Assembly: GCA_017427385.1 (NCBI GenBank) | Contig: JAFRSW010000011.1 | Span: 94,519 to 158,518, forward strand | DNA: 64,000 nt | Reading direction: 5' to 3' | From: Bacteroidales bacterium | Lineage (GTDB): Bacteria; Bacteroidota; Bacteroidia; Bacteroidales; UBA932 | Shown here: positions 18,801 through 28,468 of the stretch, in pieces | Position numbering within the stretch: position 1 is the first letter of the stretch | How the letters are laid out: each line of letters begins with the position of its first letter | Program-made: the position numbers and the translations under genes | Notes under the pieces: generated by a model | Database searches by the model: none | The model's input: only the letters and a program-made list of their open reading frames with translations | Told to the model about the DNA's origin: nothing

Positions 18801-19143
18801 CACCGGTTACTTCGCTCCTTTCTACAAGGGCCGCGTGAACGCCAATACCAGGTATCTGCAGGATGCATCCTACATCCGACTCAAGAGCATCCAGATCGGA
18901 TACAACATTCCCGAGAAGATCACCCGCAAGGCAGGCCTCCAGAAGGTTTCTGTCTTCGTCGCAGGTGAAAACCTCTGGAGCTGGTCCCCTGTTTACAGGC
19001 ACACTCGCGACATCGACGTGACTGCCAACATCTACGGAACCGACGGCACCCTCTCCACTACCGGTGACGGATACAACTTCCCCACCATGAAGAGCGTCAG
19101 CCTCGGTCTCAAGGTTACCTTCGGACAAATCAATACCAAATAA
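15844..19143 (+). CDS. susC: SusC/RagA family TonB-dependent transporter
   Basis: CarboxypepD-like N-terminus, LDEIVVVGYGTQKK, SVLKDAASSAIYGSRA, RYDGSSKF, LTWET, DLNGNGYID. Confidence 0.95.
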   Translation: MRTKFNLLMLVFLVLSVSAFAQTGGKTTVSGKVVDEQGLPVIGAGVMQEGTTTGVATDINGNYTITVPSNANLSVQSIGYKTASIPVNGRAKIDITLTPDSQLLDEIVVVGYGTQKKANLTGAVDQVGEEAFEGRPNANLAQMLQGRVANLNLKFTDGRPNSSPSFNIRGKTSIGQGGSALVLIDGVEGNASLLNPNDIESVSVLKDAASSAIYGSRAPYGVVLITTKSAKKGTATVTYQTNLSFETPTAMPDVVSDGYTWAKHFYDSWYNYKGSNPTAINKTMEFSTAWLEEYRLRAEAGNYETLVSDGSIGTKGRWLYYHKGTDYYDALYKDYTFTQTHNLSVSGADDKFDYYVSARLYDNNGLFDSEVNPDYYKMYNGRVKVGYQVTDWLKITSNTSIAYSRYMMPETQSEGGGNIWRNIADEGHPCSPIVNPDGTLSYSGVYSVGDILYGTSNRKYTNRQAENTLGAKATFLDNRLRLNADFTYRARSYDTHVHRLPTPFTRYEGITESLAEIKGLADYISETLRTYDYVATNEYMEYEDNIGKSNFKFLLGYNYERQTYKETYAYNDGLLSPNVDNLNLALGLDNKSITGDYSQWRTAGAFFRVNYNYDERYLLEINGRYDGSSKFPARQRWAFFPSISAGWRLSEEPWFNVDKNVVSNIKLRGSYGSLGNSNVGVYAYDETFDFSTGTIINGQKVRYTSAPSPIPDSLTWETAQTLDGGLDLSFYGGRLTFTGDIYKRRTLNMYTVGPTLPDVFGASSPKGNYAEMTTRGFEIALGWEDTTTLAGKPFKYGVHATLADYYSIIDKYNNALKALGDNAYNTSYYEGMRLGDIWGYVCNGLYQSQAEIDADEAAAAAAGQAHYNPRMQQTESYTVYPGDMRFEDLNGNGYIDRGANTADDPGDRKIIGNSEPRYIYSFGFDVEWSGIYASAFFQGVGKQDWYPDNESSAFWGMYNRPYNQMPSWHLNNYWTEDNPDAYLPRYTGYFAPFYKGRVNANTRYLQDASYIRLKSIQIGYNIPEKITRKAGLQKVSVFVAGENLWSWSPVYRHTRDIDVTANIYGTDGTLSTTGDGYNFPTMKSVSLGLKVTFGQINTK

Positions 19144-19155
19144 GGAGGAACAACT

Positions 19156-20985
19156 ATGAAAAGAATATTATACATCCTTTCTTCCCTCGCGGTACTTGGC
19201 ATGATGGCAGTTTCCTGCGACCTCACGGAGGCCCCGCAGGCAGAAGCCGGACGTGCTATCCTTTTCGGCGACGAGGCCGGACTCCGTAACTACACCTACG
19301 GATTCTACAACTATCTGCCGGACTATGGAAGCGCGCACAAGATTAACGTGATGCACGACCACTCCGCCAAGATGAACATCGGCGTTTACGAGCAGGGTGC
19401 CTACACAACCGCCACCTCCACCTCATGGAGCTGGGGCAGCATCCGCAACGTCAACTACTTCATCAAGTACAATACAGATCCGACCGTGTCCGAGACCGTA
19501 AGGAACAATTACACGGGTATCGCCCGCCTGTTCCGTGCTTATCTCTACTACGACAAGCTCGTGACCTACGGTGGTGTTCCGTGGATCGACAAACCCCTCG
19601 ATCCCACCGACGAGGAGCTCTACAAGACCCAGGACAGCCGCGACGTCATCATCCAGCACATAATGGAAGATCTCGACTACGCAGCAGCCAACATCACCAC
19701 TACCACCATCACTCCTTATTCCAACACCGTGAACAAGTGGACGGCGCTTGCACTCAAGAGCCGCATCTGCCTCTTTGAAGGCACCTTCCGCAAGTATCAT
19801 GCTAACGGAAGCACCTATGGAGCACAGTACCTTGCAGGTTGCACTATCACTGCCAACGAACTTCTCCAGGCAGCCGCCGATGCAGCCAAGCAGGTAATGG
19901 ATGCCGGAGTGTACAAACTCCACACCGGAACAGTCTATGAAGCCGGCGGACGCGGAGCATACCGCGACCTCTTCATCAGCGACAACCCCGTCACGGAGGA
20001 AGTCATGCTGGCATACAGCCAGAACAAGGAACTCTCCGTCCTCGGCGAAGCCAACTGGTACTACAATTCCACTTCCTACGGCCCGCACCTCTCCATGACC
20101 CGTGCCTTCGCAAAGACCTACCTCAATGCAGACGGCACCATCTATAACGAGAAGACCGGCACCGGAGCATACAAGACATTCGTGCAGGAGACAACCGGAC
20201 GTGACGCCCGTCTGTGCCAGACCATCCGCGGTGCCGACTATACCCGCAAGGACAAGTCCGGCGCATACGTGAAGACTGCTCCAGATATGAGCCTCTCGCT
20301 CACCGGCTACCAGTACACCAAGTATGTAATGGACGATGTGGGTTACGACAACGGACGTACCAACGACAACGACGTTCCCCTCCTCCGCTATGCTGAAGTT
20401 CTTCTGAACTATGCCGAGGCCAAGGCCGAACTCGGAACCATCACCGCTGAAGACTGGTCCAAGACCATCGGAGCCCTCCGCCGCCGCGCCGGCATCACCG
20501 GAGGAGACCTGGACAAACTCCCCACGGTCGTGGACACCTATCTCCAGAGCACCTTCTATCCGAATGTCACCAGCCCCGTCATTCTTGAAGTCCGCCGCGA
20601 AAGGGCCATCGAGCTCATCCTCGAAGGCTTCCGCCTCATAGACCTCAAGCGCTGGGCCTGTGGCAGCAACTGGCAGAACGCTCCATGGGATGGTGTTTAT
20701 ATCCCCGCCCTCGACTCCCCCATCGACCTCAACGGCGACGGTGTGAACGATGTGTATGTGACCGCTGATGCCAATTATCAGAAGAACGGCACCTACAAGT
20801 CCATCGCAATGACGCTGAACGCTCAGCAGAAAGCCAACAAGATAACCGGCGATCCCAACGGCGGATACCTGCTCGGCTACGACATGCCTCGCAAGTGGAA
20901 CGACAACATGTACATTTACCCGGTGCCTGAGAACGTTATTCAGAAGAATACCAATCTCACTCAGAACCCCGGATGGAGCAACTGA
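19156..20985 (+). CDS. susD: SusD/RagB family nutrient-binding lipoprotein
   Basis: Lipobox AVSC, ARLFRAYLYY..YGGVPW, RYAEVLLNYAEA, RRERAIEL..EG.R..DLKRW, QNPGW end. Confidence 0.95.
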   Translation: MKRILYILSSLAVLGMMAVSCDLTEAPQAEAGRAILFGDEAGLRNYTYGFYNYLPDYGSAHKINVMHDHSAKMNIGVYEQGAYTTATSTSWSWGSIRNVNYFIKYNTDPTVSETVRNNYTGIARLFRAYLYYDKLVTYGGVPWIDKPLDPTDEELYKTQDSRDVIIQHIMEDLDYAAANITTTTITPYSNTVNKWTALALKSRICLFEGTFRKYHANGSTYGAQYLAGCTITANELLQAAADAAKQVMDAGVYKLHTGTVYEAGGRGAYRDLFISDNPVTEEVMLAYSQNKELSVLGEANWYYNSTSYGPHLSMTRAFAKTYLNADGTIYNEKTGTGAYKTFVQETTGRDARLCQTIRGADYTRKDKSGAYVKTAPDMSLSLTGYQYTKYVMDDVGYDNGRTNDNDVPLLRYAEVLLNYAEAKAELGTITAEDWSKTIGALRRRAGITGGDLDKLPTVVDTYLQSTFYPNVTSPVILEVRRERAIELILEGFRLIDLKRWACGSNWQNAPWDGVYIPALDSPIDLNGDGVNDVYVTADANYQKNGTYKSIAMTLNAQQKANKITGDPNGGYLLGYDMPRKWNDNMYIYPVPENVIQKNTNLTQNPGWSN

Positions 20986-21000
20986 TTAATGTAATTGAAT

Positions 21001-22908
21001 ATGAAAAGAATAGAGACAATATTCCTCGCCGCAATGTCCTTGTTCGCCGTGGCATCCTGCTCACAGCCCGTGGTATCGGTGACTGCCGATTTCACAACCG
21101 ACAAAGACACCTACGAGATATTCGAGGATATCAAGATCACCAACATTTCCTCTGCAACCAACGACATTATCGAGGCGTGCAAGTGGGAATGGGAGACCGA
21201 ATCCGGCGTTAAGCGTGTGTATGGCAAACAGCTTGCCGATCCTATCTCCTTCGACACCGTTGGTGAGAAGCAGATCACACTCACCGTCACTTCCCATACC
21301 AACGTTACCGCAACCTGCGTGAAGACCGTCACAATCCAGGATACCAATGTGCGTCCTGTGGCAGACTTCAGCTGGTCACCCGCAACGGGTATCAAGGCCG
21401 GTGACGAGGTTCAGTTCACCGACAAGTCCTCCGACTCCGACGGCACCATCACGGCCTGGGAGTGGAACTTCGGCGGAACCACCAAGACCGAGCAGAATCC
21501 CAAGTTCACCTTCAACGAGTTCGGCGACATCGAGGTCACCCTCACCGTCACCGACAACCAGAGGGGCAAGGGCAGCGTCACCAAGACCGTACACGTAGAC
21601 AAGAACGAGAATTCCATGGAACTCCTCTGGTCCACGTCCTACGACAGCGACGGTGACGTAGTATTCAGCTCGCCTGCAGTCAGCCCGGACGGCAAGACCA
21701 TCTATGCCTTCTCCTCCGCCTGGCATCTTGCCGCCATCGGCAATGACGGCGTGAAGAAGTGGAGCTTCGATGCAAGCACCCACAACCCCGCCACCACCCC
21801 GACCGGATGGCCTTGCTGCGGTGTTTCCGTCGACACTGACGGCAGCATCTACTGCATCGCCGGCAACAAGGACAACCAGGACAAGACCGGAGCCACCAAG
21901 ACCACCATCTACGGCGTCAATCCCGATGGAACGCAGAAGTGGGCCTACGACTATTCTTACGGCTACTTCATCGATGTTATTCCTCTGGTGCTGCAGGAGC
22001 AACTCTTCATGGCTACCAAGAGAAATCCTTCTGTGGGCGACGCACCCGATCTCTGGCCCGAAGGAAAGGCGGACAACGGCCTCATCCTGAACAAGTCCAA
22101 CGGCTCATACTTCGGCTATGTCCAGGTCAAGCGCGGCTCTCACGGAGGCGTGGCTGCAACCAAGGAAGAAACCATCGTGGTTCACACCGACAGCAAGTAC
22201 GGAACCCGTGTCTACTGGAAGGAAGAAGGCAAATGGAAGTTTTATGGCGTGGCAGCCGGCCAGGACAAGTTCATGCTTGGATACACCGGTGTCACCAATA
22301 CCGAAATAGGCTTCACCAGCTACATGGCCATCGACGCCAGCAACAAGATTTACATCCTCTACGGCACCGCCACCGGAAGCAGCAGCTCCGAGGCACCTGC
22401 CAAACTGTACTGCTACGACCTCACCAAGTACGACAAGACCACCAACGGAGCATCTCCCGAATGGAGCCTCGAGCTCGACGGCAGCAACAAGATGTACTAT
22501 GGCCTCGGCACCGTGCTCGGTGAAGACGGAACCATCTATGTAACCACCTCCGCCGGTGTCACCGCGGTCAAGCCCGACGGCACCAAGAAGTGGTCTGCAG
22601 CTGCAGAGAATGTTGTTTACGGCTGCCCTGCAGTAGACAAGAAGGGCTTCGTCTATTACACTGAAACCTCTGCTACACTGGACAACGGCAAACTAATCAA
22701 ACTGAACAGCGAAGGCGCAAAGGTCGCAGAAGTCACCCTCGGCCAGAGTGCATGCACATCCCCGACCATCGCCCCTGACGGAACCATTTACGTCAACGGC
22801 ATCAAGGACGGCAAGCCTACCCTCTCCGCAATCGAAGGCGTGGCAGCGCCCGCATCCGGCTGGTCACAGCTTGGCGGCAATCCTCGCAAGACCTGCAAAG
22901 CTGAATAG
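21001..22908 (+). CDS. Surface lipoprotein with two PKD domains and a PQQ-like beta-propeller
   Basis: Lipobox VASC; PVADFSW..VQFTDKSSD..AWEWNFG (PKD); repeated SSPAV/DGTIY/G..KW propeller motifs. Confidence 0.82.
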   Translation: MKRIETIFLAAMSLFAVASCSQPVVSVTADFTTDKDTYEIFEDIKITNISSATNDIIEACKWEWETESGVKRVYGKQLADPISFDTVGEKQITLTVTSHTNVTATCVKTVTIQDTNVRPVADFSWSPATGIKAGDEVQFTDKSSDSDGTITAWEWNFGGTTKTEQNPKFTFNEFGDIEVTLTVTDNQRGKGSVTKTVHVDKNENSMELLWSTSYDSDGDVVFSSPAVSPDGKTIYAFSSAWHLAAIGNDGVKKWSFDASTHNPATTPTGWPCCGVSVDTDGSIYCIAGNKDNQDKTGATKTTIYGVNPDGTQKWAYDYSYGYFIDVIPLVLQEQLFMATKRNPSVGDAPDLWPEGKADNGLILNKSNGSYFGYVQVKRGSHGGVAATKEETIVVHTDSKYGTRVYWKEEGKWKFYGVAAGQDKFMLGYTGVTNTEIGFTSYMAIDASNKIYILYGTATGSSSSEAPAKLYCYDLTKYDKTTNGASPEWSLELDGSNKMYYGLGTVLGEDGTIYVTTSAGVTAVKPDGTKKWSAAAENVVYGCPAVDKKGFVYYTETSATLDNGKLIKLNSEGAKVAEVTLGQSACTSPTIAPDGTIYVNGIKDGKPTLSAIEGVAAPASGWSQLGGNPRKTCKAE

Positions 22909-22910
22909 TC

Positions 22911-23915
22911 ATGATGATCCGTAAGCTTTTTCTTCTCACTCTCCTGCCCGCAGTGCTGTTTTTCCAGTCCTGCGGGCCGGAGAATGTAGTTAATCCGGTA
23001 ACTCCTCCCAGTACTGGTACGGAAGATCCTCAGAAACCGGAAGACCCTCCGGCAAGTACCAGCGCGGACGCCATGCTCGTGTGCACGTTCAACATCCGCT
23101 ATGCCAACACGGCCGATAAATTCCCTGACGGCACCAGTGCGGCATGGTCCGTGCGTGCACCGGCGGTCAAAAAGTTCGTGGAAACCAATAAGCCAGACCT
23201 TATCGGCCTTCAGGAAGTCCGCAAGGAGCAGTCTCAATGGTTCTCTTCGACTTTCGGCTCGGAATACGGATATTACGACGTGTGCAGGGACAATGCCAGC
23301 GGCAGTTCCGTTGCCTCGGCCGGTGGGGAGGGCGTAGGTCTTCTCTACAAGAAAGAACGTTTCGAGCTGGTCCTCAAGGACTTTTTCTGGCTCGACGACA
23401 AACCGAGGGAACGTCCGGCCCAGAATTCCGACGGCACATACGGTGCCTGGAATTCAGCCTGCCGGCGTGTCACCGTCTATGCAGAACTGAAAGACAAGAA
23501 GCACAACAATTCCATAGTGTGGTTCTTCCCTACCCACTACGATCACAAGAGCGATGCCGCCCGCAAGAACGCAGCCGAGCTTATGATCACTCAGATGAAG
23601 GCCCTTTGCAAGGTTACCGACCTGAAGAACGCGGAACCCGTGATCATTCACGTCGGAGACCTTAACACTACTCCCGAGAACGCTGCGCTCAAACCGCTTT
23701 TCGACAATATGTCCAATTCAAGGGACACTGCCGAGAGTGCCAACAAATACCAGAGCACATTCAACGGTTTCGGTGACAGCAGCAAGATAATTGACTTTAT
23801 CTTCTACGGAGGCAAATCGGTCAAACCCGTGAAGTATTGGGTGGACATTGCCGACTACGGAGTGCCTTTCATTTCAGACCATTATCCTGTTTTATTCCAG
23901 TGGGAGTATCAATGA
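22911..23915 (+). CDS. Endonuclease/exonuclease/phosphatase (EEP) family lipoprotein
   Basis: TFNIRY, DLIGLQE, THYDH, GDLN, IDFIF and SDHYPV motifs. Confidence 0.9.
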   Translation: MMIRKLFLLTLLPAVLFFQSCGPENVVNPVTPPSTGTEDPQKPEDPPASTSADAMLVCTFNIRYANTADKFPDGTSAAWSVRAPAVKKFVETNKPDLIGLQEVRKEQSQWFSSTFGSEYGYYDVCRDNASGSSVASAGGEGVGLLYKKERFELVLKDFFWLDDKPRERPAQNSDGTYGAWNSACRRVTVYAELKDKKHNNSIVWFFPTHYDHKSDAARKNAAELMITQMKALCKVTDLKNAEPVIIHVGDLNTTPENAALKPLFDNMSNSRDTAESANKYQSTFNGFGDSSKIIDFIFYGGKSVKPVKYWVDIADYGVPFISDHYPVLFQWEYQ

Positions 23916-26659
23916 TGAAATTGCATTTACTGCCCCTTATCCTGACGCTGCTTTCGGTAACTGCGAACGCTCAAACCGGAAGCAGCGTTCCGGATAAATA
24001 CGACCCCCAGGCCCAGCCTGCGGCTGTCGTGACATGCGGGAACGCCCGCTTTACCGTCCTTACCTCAAGGCTCATCCGCATGGAATGGGCTGCGGACGGC
24101 GTTTTCGAAGACAGGGCCACGCTTGCCGTGGTAAACCGTAATCTGGATGTGCCGAAATTCCGGACGATCCGCACAAAGAACGGTGTAACCATAACCACAT
24201 CCGCCCTCACCCTTCAGTACAAGGGCCCCGGACGCTTCTCCGAAAAGAATCTGAACGTGTCCTTTACCATGAAGGATGCACACGCCAAGAAAGGCGTGCG
24301 CAAGGTAAAATGGACTCCCGGAGCCGATGACAGCGGGAACCTGATGGGCACATACCGCACCCTGGACGGATGCAAAGGCTTCTCCCAGATAAACTACAAG
24401 GGAGACGTCTATGAACAGGGCATACTGTCCCGCGACGGCTGGGCGATAGTGGATGAAAGCTCCAGGCACGTGCTCGTGAAGGACGGTTCCGACTGGGGAG
24501 AATGGGTTGCCGCGAGACCGGACGGCGAGAGAATCGACTGGTATATTTTCGCCTACGGACACGACTACAAGGCCGCCCTGGCAGACTTCACCAAGATTGC
24601 CGGCAGCATTCCTCTGCCCCCGAAATTCGCATTCGGATACTGGTGGAGCCGATACTGGCAGTACAGCGATTTCGAGTTCATCGACCTTGCGAAGGAAATC
24701 CGCTCGCATAGCATTCCCCTGGACGTGATGGTCATAGATATGGACTGGCACGACACCTGGACCCTCCAGCGCAAGAATCCCATAAAGGACGAGTTCGGGC
24801 AGCGTATAGGATGGACCGGATACACCTGGCAGAAGGAACTCTTCCCCAACCCTGAAGCGACACTGAAGCAGCTTCACGAGTTGAACCTGAAGACATCCCT
24901 CAACCTTCATCCGGCATCCGGCATCCAGCCTTATGAAGATTGCTACGAAGGCTTCGTAAAGGATTATCTGTCCAGGACTTCCGATTATGACGGTCCGGTC
25001 GGGTACAAGTATCAGGAAGGAGACTCCCTGATTTATCTGAGGAGTGATCCCAAAACACGCAAGGCCCGCACCGCCAGCCAGGGAGAACCCTGCCCCGTTC
25101 CGTTCCGAATCGACCAGCAGGCCTGGACGGACGCCTATTTCAACAGTGTCATCCATCCCCTGGAGAATCAAGGAGTGGATTTCTGGTGGCTTGACTGGCA
25201 GCAGTGGAAACTGAGCGAGTACATTCCCGGCCTCAGCAACACCTTCTGGCTCAACTATACCTTCTTCAACGACAAGGTGCGCCGCAGCAAGAGCCTGGGC
25301 CTTGCCACAGGACGCCCCATGATATATCACCGCTGGGGCGGGCTCGGCAGCCACCGCTATCAGATCGGATTCTCCGGAGACTGCTACGACACCTGGGAAG
25401 TACTGAAATTCCTCCCCTACTTCACGGCTACCTCCTCCAATGTAGGTTACGGATACTGGGGGCATGACATCGGCGGACACCAGAATCTTGGAGATCCCTA
25501 CAAGCCCGAGATTTTCACCCGCTGGCTGCAGTACGGAGTCTTTACGCCCATATTCAAGACGCATTCCACCAAGAATGCACTTATAGAGCGCCGCGTATGG
25601 ACCTATGCTCCCGAGTATTCCGGCCCGATGAGGGATGCGATACGCCTACGCTACTCGCTTTCTCCTTATATTTATAATGCGGCCCGTCAGGCATACGACA
25701 CGGGTATCTGCCTCTGCAGGCCCATGTATTATGATTATCCCGAGAACGACGAGTCCTACGACATGAAAGAACAGTTCATGTTCGGCGATGACATACTTGC
25801 AACCGTGGTCGGCGAGCCCGTCGACACACAGACAGGCCTGGCCCCCAGGACCATCTGGTTCCCCGCCGGGAACGACTGGTACGATGTTGCCACAGGCATG
25901 GTCTACGAGGGAGGCAGGACCAAAACCCTCCACTACACCATCGCCGAGAATCCCTGGTACGTGAAGGCAGGAGCCATCATCCCCATGGCGGATGAGAACA
26001 TCTCTTCTCTTCAGGAAAAGAGCAACGTCCAGCGCTTCTTCATCGCTCCCGGAGACGGCGCCAGCAGCTGCTCCCTCTACGAAGACGATGGCACGAGCCA
26101 GGCATATATCCGCGATTTCGCAACCACAACGGTTACCAAGGAGTCTTCCCGCGAAGCATGTACCGTGGTTGTCGGCGCCCGCAAGGGCAGCTATGCAGGC
26201 ATGCCTTCCACACGCCGCGTTCAGATCATACTGGAAGGCGTCGGCGTGCCGGTTTCAGTCACGGTAGATGGCCGGAAGGCCGACTGGAAGTATTCCGGAA
26301 AGGATCTGGCAGTTGTCATTACCATTCCCGAGGCTGCTGCATCCAAGGAGACCGTAGTCAAATGCGAATACGGTGATTTCGATCCCTCGATCCTCAGGGG
26401 CAAGAAGGGCATCTTCCACAGGATGATGGCCATCACCCCCGAGTTCAAAGATGCCTACAATACGGTTGTGGACAAATACAAACTGCTCTCCCGCCCGTTC
26501 CTGAAGGTGGTACAGTGCCCCAGCCGCATAGACGCCGATCCATCCCGCCTGAAAGAGTATCTGGAGGGAATGGACCTGAAGGCCGTGGAAGACGACCTCA
26601 AAGCCTATCCGGGCCTCGAGCGCATGAACACAGCCATCCAGGCACAATGCAAGTTGTAA
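23912..26659 (+). CDS. Glycoside hydrolase family 31 (GH31_u1-like, WxDWQQ nucleophile motif) with a DUF5110-like C-terminus
   Basis: GYWWSRY, IDMDWH, GVDFWWLDWQQ, HRYQIGFSGD, GHDIGGH, YEDDG; signal peptide; ATGA overlap with the EEP gene. Confidence 0.9.
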   Translation: MMKLHLLPLILTLLSVTANAQTGSSVPDKYDPQAQPAAVVTCGNARFTVLTSRLIRMEWAADGVFEDRATLAVVNRNLDVPKFRTIRTKNGVTITTSALTLQYKGPGRFSEKNLNVSFTMKDAHAKKGVRKVKWTPGADDSGNLMGTYRTLDGCKGFSQINYKGDVYEQGILSRDGWAIVDESSRHVLVKDGSDWGEWVAARPDGERIDWYIFAYGHDYKAALADFTKIAGSIPLPPKFAFGYWWSRYWQYSDFEFIDLAKEIRSHSIPLDVMVIDMDWHDTWTLQRKNPIKDEFGQRIGWTGYTWQKELFPNPEATLKQLHELNLKTSLNLHPASGIQPYEDCYEGFVKDYLSRTSDYDGPVGYKYQEGDSLIYLRSDPKTRKARTASQGEPCPVPFRIDQQAWTDAYFNSVIHPLENQGVDFWWLDWQQWKLSEYIPGLSNTFWLNYTFFNDKVRRSKSLGLATGRPMIYHRWGGLGSHRYQIGFSGDCYDTWEVLKFLPYFTATSSNVGYGYWGHDIGGHQNLGDPYKPEIFTRWLQYGVFTPIFKTHSTKNALIERRVWTYAPEYSGPMRDAIRLRYSLSPYIYNAARQAYDTGICLCRPMYYDYPENDESYDMKEQFMFGDDILATVVGEPVDTQTGLAPRTIWFPAGNDWYDVATGMVYEGGRTKTLHYTIAENPWYVKAGAIIPMADENISSLQEKSNVQRFFIAPGDGASSCSLYEDDGTSQAYIRDFATTTVTKESSREACTVVVGARKGSYAGMPSTRRVQIILEGVGVPVSVTVDGRKADWKYSGKDLAVVITIPEAAASKETVVKCEYGDFDPSILRGKKGIFHRMMAITPEFKDAYNTVVDKYKLLSRPFLKVVQCPSRIDADPSRLKEYLEGMDLKAVEDDLKAYPGLERMNTAIQAQCKL

Positions 26660-26662
26660 CGG

Positions 26663-26690
26663 AAAAGGCAGCCGGTCGGCTGCCTTTTTT
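26663..26690. terminator. Bidirectional terminator between the PUL and ssrA
   Basis: AAAAGGCAGCCG-GT-CGGCTGCCTTTTTT. Confidence 0.85.
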
Positions 26691-26692
26691 CG

Positions 26693-27086
26693 TGGAGATG
26701 GGCGGACTCGAACCGCCGTCCAAACAAAGTCCCAATGGGCTTTCTACACGCTTATCCTTCCTTTGATTGTCGGCACCGGCCAGCCGGAAGGCGGGCAAAT
26801 CGGCACTTATCCCCTGAGTCTTGGCGCGGTTTAAGGGAGTCCCCGCGTGCAGGCTTCTTGGATGATACCCCTTGGTCCGCACATAGAAGCCTTAAAGGCG
26901 GAGGGATACTCGTCAGTAGCGCAACCTTGGCGCCCCGATTAAGCTAATCCGCTTGGCAGATTAGGCAGCGAGTGCATAGTTGCTGTTGCCAGCTAATTAT
27001 TTGTCGGTTGAGATTTACGGGCCAGCCTCCGAAAGCCCGGCGTGCTTACCTACCAGGATCAGTGCTGTCAAAACCAGAACATCCCC
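26693..27086 (-). ncRNA. ssrA: tmRNA; tag peptide (A)GNSNYALAA
   Basis: 5' GGGGATGTTCTGGTTTTGAC, 3' GGCGGTTCGAGTCCGCCCATCTCCA, internal GGC AAC AGC AAC TAT GCA CTC GCT GCC TAA. TATATTTG promoter on the minus strand at 27101-27108. Confidence 0.95.
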
Positions 27087-27112
27087 GTAATAAGCGGCTG
27101 CAAATATAGCAA

Positions 27113-28426
27113 TTATTTCGAATTCATCCTGATCCTGGCTGCGAGTTCTATGGTGCGGAGCCGGTCTTTGTATAGATTATTGGCGTTAACTTTGTCGATG
27201 TCCAGGCCATGGTCGGAATTGTCGTCCCAGCGGCGGCAGTAGTACATTACATCGTAGATGCGGCCGATGCGGTATTCGCGGCTCACACGCAGGCCGACGG
27301 CATAGTCTTCACCATATTTGGTGGTAGGGAAATTAAGTTTACGGAGCAGCGGTGTGTAAAATCCGCGAGGAGCGCCCAGACCGTTGATCCTCAGGGCGTT
27401 GTTGCGTCCGTTATCCGGAGTCCACTCCTTATGGTCTATCACTCCGGGAGGTATGGTGTTGAGCTCAAAGTCCGTAATCTTGTAAGTTCCTACCACCATG
27501 GCGCAGTTCTGCTCCCGGAATGCATCTACGAACTTCTGTACGGTATTCTCATCGCTATACAGGTCGTCCGAATCCAGCTGCAGCGCAAATCGTCCGCATT
27601 TTGGATGATGCAGGGCTGCGTTCCAGTTGCCGCCTATGGCGTGATAGCTCTTGTCCTGGGCTATATAGATCAGACGCTCGTCTCCCAGAAAACTCTTTAT
27701 AACCTCAACCGTGCCATCCGCGGAATTGTCGTCCACTACTATAACATTGTACTTGAAGTCCGTATTTTGACCAAGGGCGCTGCTGATGGCGGCACCTATG
27801 GTACAAACGCGGTTCTTGCACGGTATCACAACCGAGGCTTCAAACTCGAACTCCCCTTCCGTCAGGTCCACATCCCTGAAAACAGGTTTCAGATAACCTC
27901 CGACGGCCTTCAGATGCTCCGTACACACTTTTTCCATCTCCACCTGTACTGCACGGTTACGGGGATTCACATAGTCGAAAATCTTCTCGCCGGAATCCCG
28001 CTTGTCGCTGTCCAGCTCATAGTATAGATACTCGTTTATATGAAAGAGCTTACCAATCCTGGATGCACGCAGGCGCAGGTCGTAGAGGCCCGCGAACTCA
28101 TACTCCTTTTCCATGCCGGCAACTGCCGCCTTGAGAACGGCGGTCCTGTACATCTGCACGCCCCCGAAATCGAAATCATCTCTGAGCGACCCGGCCTGAT
28201 AATCTATCACCGGAGCGGGATCCTCGCCGTTGAAATGGTCGGCATACACCATTGCCGCCGCGGTGTCGTCAGCCACCTGCACCATACGTTCAAGGCCGAA
28301 GTCCACGAACTTCAGCTCAGTCGGACGCGTGTAGATAATCGTGTAATCACTGTCGGCGGCAGCCGCAATCCTGCGGATTTCTGCGGTGCTGAAAGATGCA
28401 GGTCGGAAAATTTTCACTCTTTCCAT
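27113..28426 (-). CDS. Glycosyltransferase family 2 protein
   Basis: [25 protein letters not shown] and GEDY motifs. Confidence 0.88.
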   Translation of the reverse strand: MERVKIFRPASFSTAEIRRIAAAADSDYTIIYTRPTELKFVDFGLERMVQVADDTAAAMVYADHFNGEDPAPVIDYQAGSLRDDFDFGGVQMYRTAVLKAAVAGMEKEYEFAGLYDLRLRASRIGKLFHINEYLYYELDSDKRDSGEKIFDYVNPRNRAVQVEMEKVCTEHLKAVGGYLKPVFRDVDLTEGEFEFEASVVIPCKNRVCTIGAAISSALGQNTDFKYNVIVVDDNSADGTVEVIKSFLGDERLIYIAQDKSYHAIGGNWNAALHHPKCGRFALQLDSDDLYSDENTVQKFVDAFREQNCAMVVGTYKITDFELNTIPPGVIDHKEWTPDNGRNNALRINGLGAPRGFYTPLLRKLNFPTTKYGEDYAVGLRVSREYRIGRIYDVMYYCRRWDDNSDHGLDIDKVNANNLYKDRLRTIELAARIRMNSK

Positions 28427-28468
28427 AAAAAATCGTATCTTTATGCAAAGTTAAAAATAACACTGAAA

